From positions 1 through 64,000 of IMG/VR virus record IMGVR_UViG_2595698834_000001: 64,000 bases of DNA. One strand, given 5' to 3'. Position 1 is the first letter of the stretch. Every line of letters begins with the position of its first letter. Below are positions 25,913 to 35,210 of the stretch, piece by piece. The notes under the pieces are model-generated. The model was not told the DNA's origin and ran no database searches. It saw only the letters and a list, made by a program, of their open reading frames with translations. This DNA is from a virus. Lineage: Duplodnaviria > Caudoviricetes. Made by a program: the position numbers and the translations under genes.

Positions 25913-26019
25913 TATTTGCCCCTTATTTCCCTCAAAACATATATCGTTTAAAGCCTTATATGGAGCCTTTTTCCTCCGTATTTCCCTTCATTTCGGGAAA
26001 AAGGGAAAGAAGGAAATTA
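25913..26019. repeat. putative parC centromere (phased TATTTCCC-like iterons)
   Basis: Copies at 25913, 25924, 25968, 25979 and 25989, plus inverted copies at 25995-26019, directly downstream of the parR-like gene. Confidence 0.45.
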
Positions 26020-26028
26020 GCTGCCGCC

Positions 26029-26295
26029 TTAGAAGTCGTCTAATCGACTCTCAAGGTCTGAATCAGATACCTCATTTTTGGTTAGTACAACCTGACTGAA
26101 ATCGGGTGTATTACTTTGTGTGACTGTCCGAGTCTGTATTGCAGCGGAGACAGGCTGTAACCTGTATCTCATGCCATCTCGCATGAGGTCTCTTACAACA
26201 ACCGAGAAGTCAAAATCCGATAGCAATGGTGTTATATAGTCGATGATATCCTTATCCCTTGTCGGTCTTAGGTAAAGAGAACGTCTAGCTCCCAT
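26029..26295 (-). CDS. ParR-like ribbon-helix-helix centromere-binding protein
   Basis: RSLYLRPTRDKDIIDYI..FSVVVRDLMRDG with an acidic C-terminal tail; overlaps the end of the actin gene. Confidence 0.7.
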   Translation of the reverse strand: MGARRSLYLRPTRDKDIIDYITPLLSDFDFSVVVRDLMRDGMRYRLQPVSAAIQTRTVTQSNTPDFSQVVLTKNEVSDSDLESRLDDF

Positions 26296-27325
26296 ACCGA
26301 TCAGCCCGTTTAATGTTTTTCTTTGCTTGTCGAATCCCATACTTTCTAAGACCTCTTGCGTTTGCGTATCTGTCGAGTACTATTGCCTCTACGTTGTTTG
26401 GTACTCTCGGCAGTAAGTGAGGCTTAAGCAACTCGGAACCACCGCCAGTGAATATGACGCATTGCACAAACGCCCATGAGTTTATTAACACTTTGTCGAG
26501 TACGTTCATGATGTTGTTAGCTTGCGTTGCGTAAGCCGCATCTATTAGTGGGTCGATATTTCTGCCTTTAAACTCCCGTGCTGCGATTATCTGTGGATAC
26601 TTACCGTCAGGTATAGTTGCTTCTAACGACGTCTCTAAATGGCTACCAACCTGCTTATACGCTGTAAACATGCCATCGTTCGTCTGAATGGATAACTCCG
26701 GCTGCTCCACTAAACCATCAACTGTTAGAATGTTCAGTGTGCGAGCTCCGACATCTACTACAACATTAAATCCTTTAGCCACTTCTCGGTCTGATAAGTT
26801 CCCGGATTCATCTAACACTAAGTCGCAAATGCTCCCGAATGGCTGCTTCTTGATGTCTACATGTTCTACCGTGATCATCTTGTTAATGAAGTTCTTACCA
26901 TCATGACTAATGTCGATAAGGTGTGTGCCTTGTGCGAGCTTAGTTAAGGCTTTGCGGCGCTCTTCAGTGTCGTATTTAATAGGTAAGTTCATCATAAGTG
27001 TATCCACAACCTCGTAGCTTCCCGGACACATCAAACCTAGTGCTGTTTTAAGAAGTATTGGGAACCGGGTGTCGTCATGCTTCTTTTCTCCGCCGATCCA
27101 ACGAATATCCGGATCGAGCTTTATTGCATAGTCACCTACTACGTACTGTTGCCCATCTACCTCACAAGCTAGGTATTGTAGCTTGCTGTCTTTGTCGAAC
27201 TCAGAATCCGGTTTCTCTTTAAAGGAAGTAACAAATGAAGGGATTAAGGAAGGTTCCCCTCTCCCGTCGAACTTAATGTCTCCGTACCCATCGTCTAATG
27301 ACTTTACAATGTACTTATCTTCCAC
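26285..27325 (-). CDS. parM: ParM/StbA-family actin-like ATPase
   Basis: LDDGYGDIK (phosphate 1), QPFG, VVDVGARTLN (phosphate 2), FTGGGS, ANARG. Confidence 0.92.
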   Translation of the reverse strand: MEDKYIVKSLDDGYGDIKFDGRGEPSLIPSFVTSFKEKPDSEFDKDSKLQYLACEVDGQQYVVGDYAIKLDPDIRWIGGEKKHDDTRFPILLKTALGLMCPGSYEVVDTLMMNLPIKYDTEERRKALTKLAQGTHLIDISHDGKNFINKMITVEHVDIKKQPFGSICDLVLDESGNLSDREVAKGFNVVVDVGARTLNILTVDGLVEQPELSIQTNDGMFTAYKQVGSHLETSLEATIPDGKYPQIIAAREFKGRNIDPLIDAAYATQANNIMNVLDKVLINSWAFVQCVIFTGGGSELLKPHLLPRVPNNVEAIVLDRYANARGLRKYGIRQAKKNIKRADRYGS

Positions 27326-27418
27326 TGAAATCTCCTCCTTGTGTTACTTTGGCATACTTTATGTTACTTGGTATGATATAGGTATATGGGCATTCGTGGA
27401 GAATATTGTCTGTACAAA

Positions 27419-27446
27419 TAAAAAAACCTAGCTGTTATGCTAGGTT
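27419..27446 (-). terminator. intrinsic terminator upstream of the partition/translocation module
   Basis: AACCTAGC..GCTAGGTT followed by a U-run on the minus strand. Confidence 0.8.
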
Positions 27447-27477
27447 CTTGTCAATGTTTGTCTATTTATGGACAGCT

Positions 27478-27879
27478 TTACTCAACTTCATTAAAGTCGC
27501 TCAGAGGGAGAACCACAGTGTCTAAGTCATCATTATATCGAATGACTACTAACCCTGTAGAAGATATAGGGAATCCGTAGTATATAGACCCTGAAGTGAT
27601 TTTTAACGTACTATTGTTGTATCGTGCTGTTAACTCCACTTCTGCCTCTCTTTTCTTCGGCTCCCTTGAAGTGTTAGGCTCCGAACTAGAAAGTCTACTT
27701 GTCTGTGTTCCAGCAGAATATAACCGAGATGAAGATCCTTTATGGTTTTTGACTAACTCTCTAACTCTCATTATCTCCTCTGATTGCTTGGCATCTTCGG
27801 ATAAGCTCCAGCCTAACTGTTTCAAAGCCTCGTCAGACCATTCATACATAGGTGGGAAAGGTTTTATTTTCTTACTCAT
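27478..27879 (-). CDS. hypothetical protein
   Basis: ORF track; operon overlap. Confidence 0.65.
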   Translation of the reverse strand: MSKKIKPFPPMYEWSDEALKQLGWSLSEDAKQSEEIMRVRELVKNHKGSSSRLYSAGTQTSRLSSSEPNTSREPKKREAEVELTARYNNSTLKITSGSIYYGFPISSTGLVVIRYNDDLDTVVLPLSDFNEVE

Positions 27880-28312
27880 CGCTTTTTTCCTCCCTCTTCT
27901 TTTCTTCTTCCTCCTCTTTTCTCGCTCGTTTCTTTTCCAACACCTCTATCATGTTTAACACAGTCTCCTTCCCTTCTTTGAAAGGGTTGTCTCCTAGAGC
28001 CTCCTCAAAGAAATCCTCCCAACTAAACAACGGACTAATCCTTCTTGCCTTGACCGTGTTATACTCCTTATAGAGACGTAGTAAAGTTACTCTTGGGACT
28101 TGAAATATCGGAAGATCGTCGTTGATTAACTTTTTGACATACTCGTCTGCGGCTTCCATAAATTTAAATTCCATTAACTTAGCCTCTACCCGAGACAGCA
28201 ATTTTATTTCGTCTACAGTAAACTTAACCCCCGATTCAGCTGCTTTTACAAAGCGTTCTTGCATAATCAATAACTCTCCGTAAGTAAATGTAAGTGCTTC
28301 AAGATTCTTCAT
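27872..28312 (-). CDS. hypothetical protein
   Basis: ATG 28312 with RBS GAGGAG. Confidence 0.7.
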   Translation of the reverse strand: MKNLEALTFTYGELLIMQERFVKAAESGVKFTVDEIKLLSRVEAKLMEFKFMEAADEYVKKLINDDLPIFQVPRVTLLRLYKEYNTVKARRISPLFSWEDFFEEALGDNPFKEGKETVLNMIEVLEKKRARKEEEEEKKREEKSDE

Positions 28313-28531
28313 AATTAAAAATCTCCTCCTCAATTGCCAACATAGTATAGCTGGCTGCCTTTATAAATAACAAATTTTAGTCCATCATGACGCTCGTCTA
28401 CATCGTAGAACTCTAAGTCCTCGACATTAACCACTAGAAGAATATCCGAACGTCTTTTGCGTTCATCCCAGCAAGGGAGCTGCGTGGTTACTACCTTTTC
28501 GGAGTTGATACGGTGATCAGCATAAGTCGGT

Positions 28532-28804
28532 CTAGTAAAGACTTTCCTTAATCCTTGCTAATTCACTCGCAGCTTGACTCGCTTCATCTAAACTATATCC
28601 ACTGTGTTCCAAAGGAGCGATGAACGTGTTGTAGTATTTATCGAAACTCATTGGAAACTGTTTTACCAATTCTTCTGGCATAGTTGGAAACAACTCTCTA
28701 ATAATTTCTCTTGAATATTCATCTCGCTTCGTGCCTTTTGCTTTCTTAAAACGATTAAGCTTTCTTCTAAGTTTCATTTCTTGTAGCTTCTCTTTGATTT
28801 TCAT
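28532..28804 (-). CDS. basic hypothetical protein
   Basis: ATG 28804 with RBS AAGGAG. Confidence 0.65.
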   Translation of the reverse strand: MKIKEKLQEMKLRRKLNRFKKAKGTKRDEYSREIIRELFPTMPEELVKQFPMSFDKYYNTFIAPLEHSGYSLDEASQAASELARIKESLY

Positions 28805-28976
28805 AATTGACTCTCCTTTTGTTTTATTTGAAATCCTTTGATGATGCGCCTTCACCATGCTCAGATAACATACGAAGACACTTATCATATTGCCTATTTA
28901 TGTATTTTGATGCTTCCCTGATACGTTCCTTTTTTTCTGATTCAACAGATGATTTTTCATTATCGTTTGGTTTCAT

Positions 28977-29228
28977 TTAATCCTCCTCGTAGACAACAAC
29001 TGCGTTTCGGTATTCGATCTTTTTACCTTCGCTATACACGTCAGTTGAATTACTGAATTGCTGTACATAAACATCTCCATGATACTCTGCTAACTTCTCA
29101 CCCGAAGGGAAATAGATATAAACCGAGTTATTTCTTGGTTTATCTGAACTGCTCGCCTCACATCCGACAGCTAGTGCAGCAACTACTCCAAGTACAAGTA
29201 ATGTCACAGTCAGTCTCAAACGTTTCAT
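28977..29228 (-). CDS. lipoprotein
   Basis: MKRLR plus a hydrophobic stretch and the lipobox LAVGC. Confidence 0.8.
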   Translation of the reverse strand: MKRLRLTVTLLVLGVVAALAVGCEASSSDKPRNNSVYIYFPSGEKLAEYHGDVYVQQFSNSTDVYSEGKKIEYRNAVVVYEED

Positions 29229-29254
29229 TTGTGTTGTTCCTCCTATAGTTTTAG

Positions 29255-29440
29255 TTACATTGTTAAGCCGATGTAAATTATTAAGCTAACTGCTAGGGTA
29301 CTTTTAACTGCCTCTAACCAATGGTAAACAACGTCTGCCATAGTTTTAGACTTACCTAAACTAATTAAATCGTGTACAAGGTCTATTAAGAACACAAGGG
29401 CTACTACAGCCATAGCGAGAAGCAACAAAGTACTAAGCAT
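29255..29440 (-). CDS. small 2-TM membrane protein
   Basis: Hydropathy; RBS AAGGAGG. Confidence 0.7.
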   Translation of the reverse strand: MLSTLLLLAMAVVALVFLIDLVHDLISLGKSKTMADVVYHWLEAVKSTLAVSLIIYIGLTM

Positions 29441-29697
29441 TAAGAACCTCCTTTCTCGATCTTCTCGTAGAGTTCCTGAATTGTTTCTCTATATTCGTCA
29501 CTAATTTTTTCAATCTCTTTTGTGTGTTTACTGTAAGCCCATCTTAAGGTCAGGTAGATGACAACGTGAACAGCGAGTTGGCTGAATAGTAGTACTCGGA
29601 GCTATATCGGAAGGTCGATCCCATTCGCAGGGAATATGTTAAAAAGGGAGATAAACCCCAATGTAAGGAAGAACCAACCTGCATCAGGCTTACGCAT
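29440..29697 (-). pseudogene. membrane protein gene with an in-frame TAG at codon 32
   Basis: MRKPDAGWFFLTLGF..DLPI*LRVLLFSQLAVHVVIYL..KGGS; overlaps both neighbours like a normal operon gene. Confidence 0.7.
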
Positions 29698-30091
29698 TGT
29701 CTTCTGTCTCGCTGTCTTCTACCGTCCAAACCATAACGGCTAGATAGGTTAAGAAAAGAAGAAGGAGGACTCCAGATGCGGAAACGATCACGTCATATAG
29801 CCCCCACTTAGCTCCTTCAAGAATAAGATAAATACTATGCCCAGCGTTTATGAATACCGCTACCAACATTATTTGATATGGAGACATAAAGTCGTCAATT
29901 TCTTGTCCTTTTCTTGCCCCTATGATTTTTTGCAGAGCATACATAACGAAAACTAGTACACATGTAGCGGATAAAATAAACTCACTAAAGGCTAGACTAC
30001 CTGTACTGGAGAATTTTGCAATTGATCCGCCTACGTTAAGAACGGCTATTGGTGGAACGACCACATTCCACCAATTAATTTTCCTTAGCAT
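29690..30091 (-). CDS. 4-TM membrane protein
   Basis: Hydropathy; probable paralog of 30091-30474. Confidence 0.75.
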   Translation of the reverse strand: MLRKINWWNVVVPPIAVLNVGGSIAKFSSTGSLAFSEFILSATCVLVFVMYALQKIIGARKGQEIDDFMSPYQIMLVAVFINAGHSIYLILEGAKWGLYDVIVSASGVLLLLFLTYLAVMVWTVEDSETEDNA

Positions 30092-30474
30092 TAAGCGTTC
30101 TCTCCTTTTTTATTACGGTAGATAGATACTTCTGTCGTGACAAGGAAGATTAGTGAAAATAACCCCAAGATTAGCATTAGTACCTCATACAAATGCCACC
30201 CGTTAAACTTCACTACTACATATCCGACAGCAACGGATTTCACTAAATATCCCATTACAGCCATACGAGGTAAAGAGTAATATGAAATTGCTTCTTCTCG
30301 TACACCCATAACGCGTCTAACAATAAACATTAGAATGGCGTAGATAAAGACTACTGCTACAATAATGTCTGTGAAGGTGTAAAAGATGTTCTCAAAGGGT
30401 TTAACGACGGATAATGCAACGCTTGCCCCTAACAAAATAACTAGTAGTACAGAAGTCAAACTAAATTTTTTCAT
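30091..30474 (-). CDS. 4-TM membrane protein
   Basis: Hydropathy; W.LY(D/E)V motif shared with its neighbour. Confidence 0.75.
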   Translation of the reverse strand: MKKFSLTSVLLVILLGASVALSVVKPFENIFYTFTDIIVAVVFIYAILMFIVRRVMGVREEAISYYSLPRMAVMGYLVKSVAVGYVVVKFNGWHLYEVLMLILGLFSLIFLVTTEVSIYRNKKGENA

Positions 30475-30512
30475 TAAATTTTCCCACTTTCTTTATTGTT
30501 TTTAATTACCTA

Positions 30513-30776
30513 CTATGCCTCATTCGTATTTCTAGGGTACCACTCGCCGCTGCCGTTACGAATCAGTTTTTTAATCTTCTCTTGTGGCATGTTTTTCTCC
30601 GGTGTAAACTGTAGTTCTCCTATACCTTTGATATAATAAGACAGAGTATCGCTACCTGAGCTCTTCTTACACTCCATCTGCTTCATTACAGCGATAAGTA
30701 CGTCCCCTGTAGCGACTTCTCCGTTAATAAGTAATTCTTTCGTCAAAAAGGATACGTCAACTTTATACTTCGGCAT
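30513..30776 (-). CDS. hypothetical protein
   Basis: RBS AAGGAG. Confidence 0.65.
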   Translation of the reverse strand: MPKYKVDVSFLTKELLINGEVATGDVLIAVMKQMECKKSSGSDTLSYYIKGIGELQFTPEKNMPQEKIKKLIRNGSGEWYPRNTNEA

Positions 30777-30778
30777 AC

Positions 30779-31132
30779 TTAACTCTCCTTTGTTTTTAGT
30801 CTGGGTTTTTCGAGCAGGTCTATTTTAATAATGTACTCACGTCCGCTAACCATGGTATTTAACCGACCATGGTATTGGACATGGAAGCCTTTGTTTTCGA
30901 GAAGAGGTATCGCTCCCCTCACTGCTTCTAGTACTGTACTAAAATCGTCTGAATTAACCTTGTTTAAATTGATAACAGTACAGCTAAAGGTGCATCCTTC
31001 TCGAGCTTTTTTCTTAACAACTTTTCTAACCTTTCGCAAAGTTCTCTTCTGCCAACGCTTCGCTAATCTGTCGGACTTGTTACGTCGTTTTTTCTCCGCT
31101 AATTCGACCAATTTTTCTCTTGACTTAATCAT
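30779..31132 (-). CDS. basic hypothetical protein
   Basis: Operon coupling; resembles 31125-31400. Confidence 0.65.
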   Translation of the reverse strand: MIKSREKLVELAEKKRRNKSDRLAKRWQKRTLRKVRKVVKKKAREGCTFSCTVINLNKVNSDDFSTVLEAVRGAIPLLENKGFHVQYHGRLNTMVSGREYIIKIDLLEKPRLKTKES

Positions 31133-31400
31133 TGTTGTTTTCCTTTTGAATATATATTTTAAACATACGCCCTCTCTCAGTATGAGGGTATTGGTATGCT
31201 TCGTACCCTGCTGCTATTAGACGCCCACGAAGACGTAGCGCTGTCTCTTCCTTCATTTTGTTATCAGGAAAGTACACTTCTGCGTAGGACTCCCCCCATC
31301 GTTGAGCTCTTTTGAGCGCCCTGTTAACTTTTTTGTCTGCCCTAGCGTCACTAAGTTTCCACGATCTTCGTAAGTTAAGTTTAGTTCTCGGTATAATCAT
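31125..31400 (-). CDS. basic hypothetical protein
   Basis: RBS AGGAGGG. Confidence 0.65.
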   Translation of the reverse strand: MIIPRTKLNLRRSWKLSDARADKKVNRALKRAQRWGESYAEVYFPDNKMKEETALRLRGRLIAAGYEAYQYPHTERGRMFKIYIQKENNND

Positions 31401-32061
31401 TCAAAGTCCCTCCTAATTTCTTTCGAAGCTTTCTCAAAGCCCTTTTCTCAGCCTGCCTTACGGATTCTTTATCTCTATTAATTAACTTTCCAGCTGCACT
31501 CCTGTCGTACCCTCGGTAGTAGACAAGGTCGATAGCTCTCCGCTCTACATCAGTAAGACAATCTAAGCTCTCTTTCATCATGTCACCTAACATCCAGCTA
31601 CTTTCAAACTCATAACTAGGAGAATAGTATTCTTCATTCGCACCGTTTAAAGAGGTGAACAGCTGGTACTGGTTGTCAGCCGCTGAAGTCGGGCTAAAGA
31701 ATAATGCAGCCGCAGCAGTTTCATAGGTAGTATTAAGATCTTCGGCTATCTCTGCAATACTATGATTTTGAAGTTCCTTTTTGTTAATCTCTTGCGCTTT
31801 AGTAACCACTCTCAAAGGTACGTGAACTGATGTCGTGTCTCGTTTCAGCATCTGAATATACCCTTTGACAAAGTTCGTGATGTATGTAGACTTTTTGGCG
31901 CCTTTGCTTGGGTCAAATCGGTCTAATGCTAAAATCATTGCTAAAGCACCCTCTTGAAAAGCGTCGTCTTTGTCTATTGGAGAGCTTTCTCCGATCTGTC
32001 TGTGAACTTCTTTCCATATGAGTTTTAAATTTTCTTCAACGTACTTGTTACGTGTCTCCAT
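31381..32061 (-). CDS. RNA polymerase sigma factor, SigF/SigG/SigB-like
   Basis: DDAFQEGALAMILALDRFDPSKG..STY (region 2); LTDVERRAI..RALRKLRK (region 4). Confidence 0.9.
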   Translation of the reverse strand: METRNKYVEENLKLIWKEVHRQIGESSPIDKDDAFQEGALAMILALDRFDPSKGAKKSTYITNFVKGYIQMLKRDTTSVHVPLRVVTKAQEINKKELQNHSIAEIAEDLNTTYETAAAALFFSPTSAADNQYQLFTSLNGANEEYYSPSYEFESSWMLGDMMKESLDCLTDVERRAIDLVYYRGYDRSAAGKLINRDKESVRQAEKRALRKLRKKLGGTLNDYTEN

Positions 32062-32127
32062 TAACTCTGCCCTCTATCTTGTTATTTTATTCCCTAGGCA
32101 CACTGTAACATACAGTGTGTTGGTCTG

Positions 32128-32862
32128 TCAAATACTATTTAGAGCTAGTTTTAACTTACCTAGTGCCCTGTCTCGGAAAAGTCGGATTCGAGGCATTGAT
32201 ACCCCTATCTCTGCGACCACCTCTTTTAGTAGACAGTCCTCAAAAAAGATCATCTGAATGATTCTGTGTTCTCTTGGTGTAAGTATTTGCATGGCGTCTC
32301 TCAGAATGATGTTGTCGACCCACTTAATGTTTAAATCGCCCTCTAGGTGGTCATAATAGAACTCGTTACGTTTAGGAGTGTTCTGTCCGTCTCTGCTGTT
32401 TTCAAGATGCTTTACCTCTAATGATAGATACTGTAGTACTTTATTAGCGCCCTCTTTAGTAAGGTCTAGTTGGTTAGCAACGGTTGTACTGGAAGCTTTC
32501 TCTAACTCTAACTTCCTAACCTTACGAGCCTGCTCCTGAATATGTGCAGGTACCCTGATAGGTTTGTTGTCTCGATAGTAGTTTTGTATCTCTCCGAACA
32601 CGCAAGTACGTAGGTATGTCATAAAAGATGCCTTAGCCCCGTTGTCTGGGTTAAACCTAGTAATAGCTACACAAAAAGCCTCACAAGCCACCTGAAATAC
32701 GTCATCTTTATCTCCTGCTGCTGCGTATCTATATGAGAGGCTATGAAGTAGCTCTTTATACTGCTCAAACAGTGCTTCCTTAGCGAGGTCGTCCCCCTCT
32801 TTGGCAACACTTACTAGACTGTTAATTTCTTCTTTGGTCGGTGCGGATTTTTCTTTAATCAT
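32128..32862 (-). CDS. RNA polymerase sigma factor, SigF/SigG/SigB-like
   Basis: AKEGDDLAKEAL, DDVFQVA..AITRFNP..FMTY..GEIQNYYRD..IRVP, LTPREHRII..RALGKLK. Confidence 0.92.
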   Translation of the reverse strand: MIKEKSAPTKEEINSLVSVAKEGDDLAKEALFEQYKELLHSLSYRYAAAGDKDDVFQVACEAFCVAITRFNPDNGAKASFMTYLRTCVFGEIQNYYRDNKPIRVPAHIQEQARKVRKLELEKASSTTVANQLDLTKEGANKVLQYLSLEVKHLENSRDGQNTPKRNEFYYDHLEGDLNIKWVDNIILRDAMQILTPREHRIIQMIFFEDCLLKEVVAEIGVSMPRIRLFRDRALGKLKLALNSI

Positions 32863-32988
32863 GTTATACCTCCTCTGCTTACTTGTCTATAACTAGAGTG
32901 TAGCATATAGAACTGTGACTGTCTACTAAAATTTTGCAAGTTTCCTCACTTTACTTGTTTATACGAGGTGTATGAAAAAAAGAGAACC

Positions 32989-33420
32989 TTATGAGGGTTC
33001 TCTTTTCCACATTTCAGGTTTCAACGGTACGAACTCAATGTTATTCATATGGTAGAAATCCGGTTCGTGCTTCTTTTCTATAAGCCATTTACGAAGCGCT
33101 ACACTCAAAGCGTATTGTAAGCCGTTTAAATCATCGTCACTTACATCTTGTAAGTAGCCCTCCGCAACCTCTCCTACGTCGTCATAGACAGAATCTGCGA
33201 AGGTTTCTAAAACACTGTCAGCGTCTATGTAAGGGAATGAAATACCGATCTCTTCAGCTTGCCCAACATAAAATCCTGAAATATCAGCCCAATGTTCTTC
33301 AAACTCCCGCTTACCTGCTGCTATAGCCTCTTCCTTAGTATCGAACATATCTTGATCATAGAAGTGCCAAGCATCGTCTTCTGATGTGTTGTACGTCCAT
33401 TTTCCACTATATTTCCTCAT
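32989..33420 (-). CDS. acidic hypothetical protein
   Basis: FDTKEEAIAAG motif; RBS. Confidence 0.75.
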   Translation of the reverse strand: MRKYSGKWTYNTSEDDAWHFYDQDMFDTKEEAIAAGKREFEEHWADISGFYVGQAEEIGISFPYIDADSVLETFADSVYDDVGEVAEGYLQDVSDDDLNGLQYALSVALRKWLIEKKHEPDFYHMNNIEFVPLKPEMWKREPS

Positions 33421-33786
33421 AATAATTTCCTCCTTCTACTAATTAAACCAGTTACCCCAAGTGAACAATCCAAAAATGACTAAAAATACGATAGCGAAAA
33501 AGAAGAAAACTATACGGTCTCTCTTTTTGTCGCAAAACACCGTTCCGAATATGCTAATAAACACTAAAATCATGAGTTCGATAAAAGTAATAATCTCAAT
33601 GATCATATCATACCTGCGTCCCTAAACAGGAGAATAAAGAGCATGGCAGAACATACCCCTAACCCTCCTAGATACACCCAAGCTAGCGTTTTAGAGGGTA
33701 CGGCAATATACCCGTAAACACTCCATACTAACATAGATAACACTACAAAAAACAGCATAAAGTACATGTCTTCTACCTCCGGTTAC

Positions 33787-34422
33787 TTATTTTTTGAGGA
33801 CAAATCGAGGAGTTCCAGTAAGTGTGATCCGCTTAGCTTCTATCATTGCGGCTGTTTCCTCGTTAATCTTACCTAGCTTAGCTAGTGCATCCAATTTGTC
33901 AGAGTTAACCCGCAGCTCTGTAACTTCGTCTAGGATGTCCCCTGTAAGTAGCGCACGAATATCATTTAAATCGTAGTTAGAAAACGTTGATACAGAATTG
34001 CTTTGAACCGCATCTACAAGAGCAATCTTCTTGCCTAGGGAGCTCTCTAGTTCAGTGATATTGTTATCTTCCATATATTTTCTGATTGTTTTTTTAAGAC
34101 GGTCTTGGTCGGCTCTCAGCTTCGACAAGTACCCATGTAGGTCAACATAATCATCAATCTGTTGCTGCATTTCTTGTGTTACTTTGTTCTTTTCTCTTAC
34201 CACTTTAGCCAATCCCGTCTGCCCGTTATCTACTGCTACTTTAAAAATATCTTCGGTTTCTTGCTTCCACCCGTTAGCTAAGAAAGTTTCTTCGACCGTC
34301 TCGAACGTATGGTTTGCGGAGAAAGGTGTAACCTGCCCGTCACGTTCTACTTCAACTCTCCCGTCTTTCTCCGTTAAAACTGCTTTGTGGTCTCCATTAA
34401 CAAATGTGATTTTCTTCATCAT
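33787..34422 (-). CDS. conserved hypothetical protein
   Basis: RBS; own promoter. Confidence 0.75.
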   Translation of the reverse strand: MMKKITFVNGDHKAVLTEKDGRVEVERDGQVTPFSANHTFETVEETFLANGWKQETEDIFKVAVDNGQTGLAKVVREKNKVTQEMQQQIDDYVDLHGYLSKLRADQDRLKKTIRKYMEDNNITELESSLGKKIALVDAVQSNSVSTFSNYDLNDIRALLTGDILDEVTELRVNSDKLDALAKLGKINEETAAMIEAKRITLTGTPRFVLKK

Positions 34423-34532
34423 TCATCTCTCCTTTGATTGTGTAACCTTAGTATAACCTGTAGTTAACTAAATGTCAACCCCTTTAAAGTTAATATCTCC
34501 TTAGACCTTTGCAGCATACTCGTACTAAACAA

Positions 34533-35210
34533 TTAAATTTCATCCGCTGCTTGTGCGACACGATAGCTGTCGAAGCAGGATGTAACCCAGTTGCTAATAA
34601 GTTCTAACGGCTCCACGATTAGGTTGAGGATAGGGCGGTTGTCGATAGCGTATCTCGTACCATCAAACTCAAGGACACTGTGAATACATTCTGATGAGGT
34701 TGTAAACTCAATCTTCAGTTGGCAACGTGTTAAAGGATAAAGCATGCTATACTTTCTCGATAGCCACGCAATATCTTCTTCAATACTATCTCGAGAAGAG
34801 ATAAATTGAATACCTGCGAAGTCAACAATAACTTTTGGGCGATATTCCTCTTGTCCTGCTAGTAGTCGAGCAAAGAATTTACTGGCTCCTAGTGGGTAAC
34901 CCAGTAATTGACCGAATTTTACCGTCTTTTGCATGTCATCTTCTTCTTTAAGATACTCGTAATACTCTTGTCTAACCGATTCATTGTTGAAGAAAACTAC
35001 GCCGTACGGATTACCGCTAATTCCAGTTTGGCATGCATACAATAAATGGCTCATGTCTACGCCTTCTTCAATTAAACTCTCAAATATTGGGTAAGGCATT
35101 GTTACCGCAGGCTTAAACCCGTTAAAGAACGCTTCTGCTTCTCTTACAGCTCGTCCATAATGCGGATGATTTTTCGGTACGCACTCAAACATTTCAGGGG
35201 TTAACTTCAT
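34533..35210 (-). CDS. hypothetical protein
   Basis: FGQLLGYP motif; RBS. Confidence 0.75.
   Translation of the reverse strand: MKLTPEMFECVPKNHPHYGRAVREAEAFFNGFKPAVTMPYPIFESLIEEGVDMSHLLYACQTGISGNPYGVVFFNNESVRQEYYEYLKEEDDMQKTVKFGQLLGYPLGASKFFARLLAGQEEYRPKVIVDFAGIQFISSRDSIEEDIAWLSRKYSMLYPLTRCQLKIEFTTSSECIHSVLEFDGTRYAIDNRPILNLIVEPLELISNWVTSCFDSYRVAQAADEI

Noticed and set aside
20992-27325. Complete conjugative T4SS, ICE or type VII secretion system
   Set aside because: No VirB4, relaxase, integrase or WXG100 gene is seen, and FtsK has a single ATPase domain.
27360-27412. sigmaE/sigmaG promoter upstream of parM (CAATATT..CATATACC; GAATG..CATACCA)
   Set aside because: Spacing and the -10 end deviate from consensus, so it is too weak to call.
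28361-28560. Open frame downstream of 28532-28804
   Set aside because: No usable start or RBS; possibly a remnant.
29602-29604. Genome-wide TAG recoding
   Set aside because: Many genes end normally at TAG and the core genes are intact in the standard code.
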